DNA of 64,000 bases from Takakia lepidozioides (taxonomy: Eukaryota; Plantae; Bryophyta), in the NCBI GenBank assembly GCA_030704615.1, contig CM060734.1, positions 43,462,001-43,526,000 on the forward strand. The letters run 5' to 3'. The stretch's first letter is position 1; the number at the start of each line of letters is the position of its first letter. A program made the position numbers and the translations under genes. Below the pieces are notes generated by a model. The model did not search any database and was not told the origin of the DNA. It saw only the letters and a list, made by a program, of their open reading frames with translations. Shown in pieces: positions 60,546-64,000 of the stretch.

Positions 60546-63500
60546 TGTTAGAGGACTGTAGGGGACTTAGACACTTATACGGGATCTGTAGGGTACCCTT
60601 AATTTTTGCACAGACTGAGACCAACAGGAGCCTTAGGGGTGACAGCAGCGCACTGTAGAGGGGGGTTACACAGCCCGTCGCAGTCGTCACAGTCGACACA
60701 GCCAACACAGCCGTCACAGTCGTCACAGCAGACACAGCCAACACAGCCGTCACAGTCGTCACAGCAGACACAGCCAACACAACCCGTCACAGTCGTCACA
60801 GCCGACACAGCCAACACAGCCCGTCACAGTCGTCACAGCAGACACAGCCGACACAGCCACACAGCCACACAGCCAGTCACAACCCGACACAGCCAAACAC
60901 AGTCGCACAGCCAGTCACAGCCCGTCACAGTTTCGCACAGCCAGTCACAGCCCGTCACAGTTTCACACAGCCAGTCACAGCTTGACACAGCTGTCACGAT
61001 CATAGGGAACGAAGAGTAGGACAGGGAACGACTGTGGGGAACAACACCTGCGAAGGGAACATGTTAGTTCACAGACGACGGTTAGTGAGGAAAACGGTTA
61101 GAACCGCGGATAGGAAGATAAAGGGGGACTTCGGGGGGAGATGAGGATCATTATTCGGATGAGGACTTCTTAGTCAGGCTGGAGCGGAGATCGGAAGCAA
61201 AGATGGAGAGCACGGTGAAAGAGGAAAGAGGATTAGTAGATGCTTGTTATATGCAAAGCTGTAGTGATATTGTAGAGCAGATTAGAGACACAATGGCTTC
61301 GGCCTGATACCTGATAAATCATAATTTGATACTTATACGATACAATCACACTGTGTAGAGAGATCTGAGTGAAGCTGTGGATTGAATGGATGCGTGAAGG
61401 AAACCGATAGATTGATGAAGCAAACTGATACTTAATTATCAATGGTAAGATAGTTAACATGAATACCATAAGGGAAACAAATAGGAAACAACCCCATGAT
61501 ACACTAGCTGTAGGTCATGACTGATTGTTCTGCGCGGGCTGAGTACTTAGAGATTTCCAACTCTTCAATCTTGGAGTTTCCGCCTCGAATAGCGAAGGAT
61601 GGGTGAGTAAAAGCCGCGCGACATTTGGTGACCATACTGGGGACCTGGGACATGAACAACCAGATGTGACAGGCATCTGGTGGGATCATGGTGGTTGGAC
61701 CATTAAAGAATTTGAAGTGAATCAAATTCCCTGTGGAACGAAGGAAGAAAGATTGTCGAAACAATTCTTTCAAAGGTTCTTGGAATTGCCAGACGGTTGT
61801 AAAGAAAATATTCTTAAACGAGTGCATGATGCTGATCCAGAATGGGGTCTGGAGAAAGGAGTGATAAAGATTTATCAGGTAGCCTGTAGAGGAAGAGCAC
61901 GTTGGTTACAACATTGGTTTATGTGATAGCATTGCTATCCATTAAACGAGTAGAGTTTGAAGGCTGGGAGAAAGAAAGGTGAATGTTTATACTCATATGC
62001 ATGAAGAGCTTGTACTGGTAAAGAATTGGATTCCAAAGGATATTTTGTGGATCAAACTCACACCAAGAACAGCTTTTCAGACTTTTGCCATATGGTTATA
62101 TGGTAACGGAGACTTCAAGTATAGCCAAGGTGCATTGAAGCTTGAAAGAAACCCAGGCATATACGAGAGATATTACAGAAGAGAGTTTTGGTTATTGCCA
62201 CATTAAAAGAAATGAAAGACATGGGACATGAGTGATGAAAGAGAAGCTAGACGCCAGAGATATTCAGCAAAAAGAGAAAGCTATCTGAAAGCTAATTATC
62301 CATATCTTTGGGAGAGAGGAATAGACATAGGGGAATCATCTGGACCTCTCACACCATTAAGATCAAAGAGTACATCACTATACCGGAAGAACTAGAGTGG
62401 ATGCCACTCCTTCTGTTTCTTTGCAAGAAAGATTAAGGGAATTGGTACAGGAAGAAGATCAATCACGAGGTGAAAGATCTGAGGTACATCCCTGGATAAA
62501 AGATTTGACATAATCTTTGATAAGATTTGGCATGGAACACCAAAAGCAGGAACTCCAGTTTCTGAAGCAGAAGGTGAAGAAGGAGAAGAGGATGTGGCAG
62601 AGCCAACGGAGAGTTCAGACTCTCCAACACCATTCACAGTTGAGTTACATGAGTGAAGAAGAAACCCAAGGGCAGAACTTGAAGGATGAAAACAGAGAGA
62701 AGAAATTGGAAGAGGAAGAACATGAAGAAGTAGACCCAACAGCTGAGGTTGAGACTACAACCAGGACATCCCAACCCGTTGGACCTGGATCAAGTGGAGC
62801 ACTTGGATCACAGGCCAACGAAGGTGTCGGCTCAGGGGGATCAGGCGGGCGGCCTGGATCTGGCTCTGGGGGACAGGGAGTGTGGGAAGTATGCAACTGA
62901 AGTGGGAATACTGTGAATATCGTGGGGCTAGAAGCAGGGAGTGCTCAAGGGCCACCACTTGGTGGAAGATCCACCACAAAAACAACAGGACCAGAAGGAC
63001 CAGCACCAGCCAAGGTGCCAGCACCTGTCAGTGGGCAGAAGGTAGGGCCACAGATGGCGTTACAACCAACACGGGCAAAACCACCCTTTCAATATATTCA
63101 GGAAAAGGGGATCCCGATGTACACATTAGCCAATTTGAGCACATGTGTATAGTGAACAATGAGAATGGCGATGATGCCAAGATGAGACTGTTTCCTTGTT
63201 CACTTATCAAGAAAGCAAGTGAATGGTATGCAAGATTCCCTGATAATCATTTCCTAACCTGGAATGGCTTGAATACAACATTCGAAATAGGTTCAGGACA
63301 AGTAAACTGAGGATGAAGTGTATGGAAGTTTACAACAGCTGAAGCAGAAGAAGCATGAAACTGTTGAAGAGTATATGGAGAAGATGGAATTGATGATGAA
63401 AAAGCTGGCTGCAGTACCAACACCCGGGTTACTGAAGACTTGGTTTGTGAGTGGACTAAGACCAGAGTTGCAAAAGAAAGTGGATATGTTACCCCATAAC

Positions 63501-64000
63501 ACAGTGAGGAGGCATTTGAAACTGCGAACAGAATTGAGCAACGGGAATGCTCAGGAGAGAGAAAAAAGAAGATGAGGACTCTGAGGATGAGTCAGATGAA
63601 GAAGAAGAGCAAGAACTAAAAAGAAAGAGTAAGAGAAAGGAGAAGTTGAAGAGGGATAACTATGAAAAAAAATTGGAAGAAATCTTGAAGAAGTATGCCA
63701 CAGAGGCTGCAACACATGGAGGAAGGGTGTATGGTGTGCAAAGTGCCAGAATGAAGGCCATACCACCACAGAATGCCACATGAAGGAGAAACGCTGTACT
63801 ATCTGTAAAATGGATAACCATTCTACTGAGAATTGTTACTACAACAGAAGGACAGCTGCAAGAGAACCTAGGCAAGTAAGGTGCATCAGGTGCAGCCAGC
63901 CAAGAAGAAATAATGATCAGGACCACTATGGTAGGTCTGGTGGTTATAACAATGGCATGGAAGGGAGAGTAATTCAAGAGGGGATTACCAGGAAATTCCA
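60546..64000 (+). mobile_element. 5' part of an LTR retrotransposon inserted in the PPR remnant
   Basis: Starts TGTTAG at the PPR break; long leader; gag 62649-63900 with YSGKGDPDVHISQF, FPCSLIKKASEWY, LKQKKHETVEEY, FVSGLRPE and Cys/His knuckles near 63735-63840. Confidence 0.7.
60669..61000. repeat. Low-complexity CACAGC/GTCACAG tandem repeat
   Basis: Directly visible repeats; they produce spurious repetitive ORFs. Confidence 0.95.

Noticed and set aside
60232-61019. Repetitive proteins (AVSAVTTVT, CVCCDDCDG, SQPVTVSH)
   Set aside because: Artefacts of a low-complexity tandem repeat.

Overview
Eukaryotic, intron-containing land-plant DNA; a bryophyte (moss-like) origin is inferred from the TE and PPR repertoire. 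The window is almost entirely nested transposons around a decayed cytochrome P450 (minus strand, 4846-22847) and a PPR pseudogene (~59950-60545). A Copia element (6503-22031, TSD AGTCA) sits in a P450 intron and is itself interrupted by a Ty3/Gypsy element (9074-20137, TSD ACTC). That Gypsy polyprotein carries a DNMT3-like C5 cytosine methyltransferase between protease and RT and ends in a PHD finger. Its termini are split direct repeats (A1...B1-A2-B2) rather than normal LTRs, and a second diverged copy (from 24606, minus strand) has the same B-A-B end. A ~15.5 kb DNA transposon (29224-44729) encodes a GCM-like/MULE-type DDE/SWIM transposase, a spliced ParB-like plus amino-methyltransferase-fold protein, and a head-to-head pair of unknown paralogues. 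It also contains ~45 copies of a 22-bp palindrome spaced at multiples of the helical repeat (mostly exactly 53 bp). A second diverged ParB-MTase gene (52389-57451) carries its own, different palindrome. A chromovirus pol, two gag fragments, hAT-like MITEs and several tandem repeats fill the rest. All domain calls come from motif recognition by eye, not database searches.
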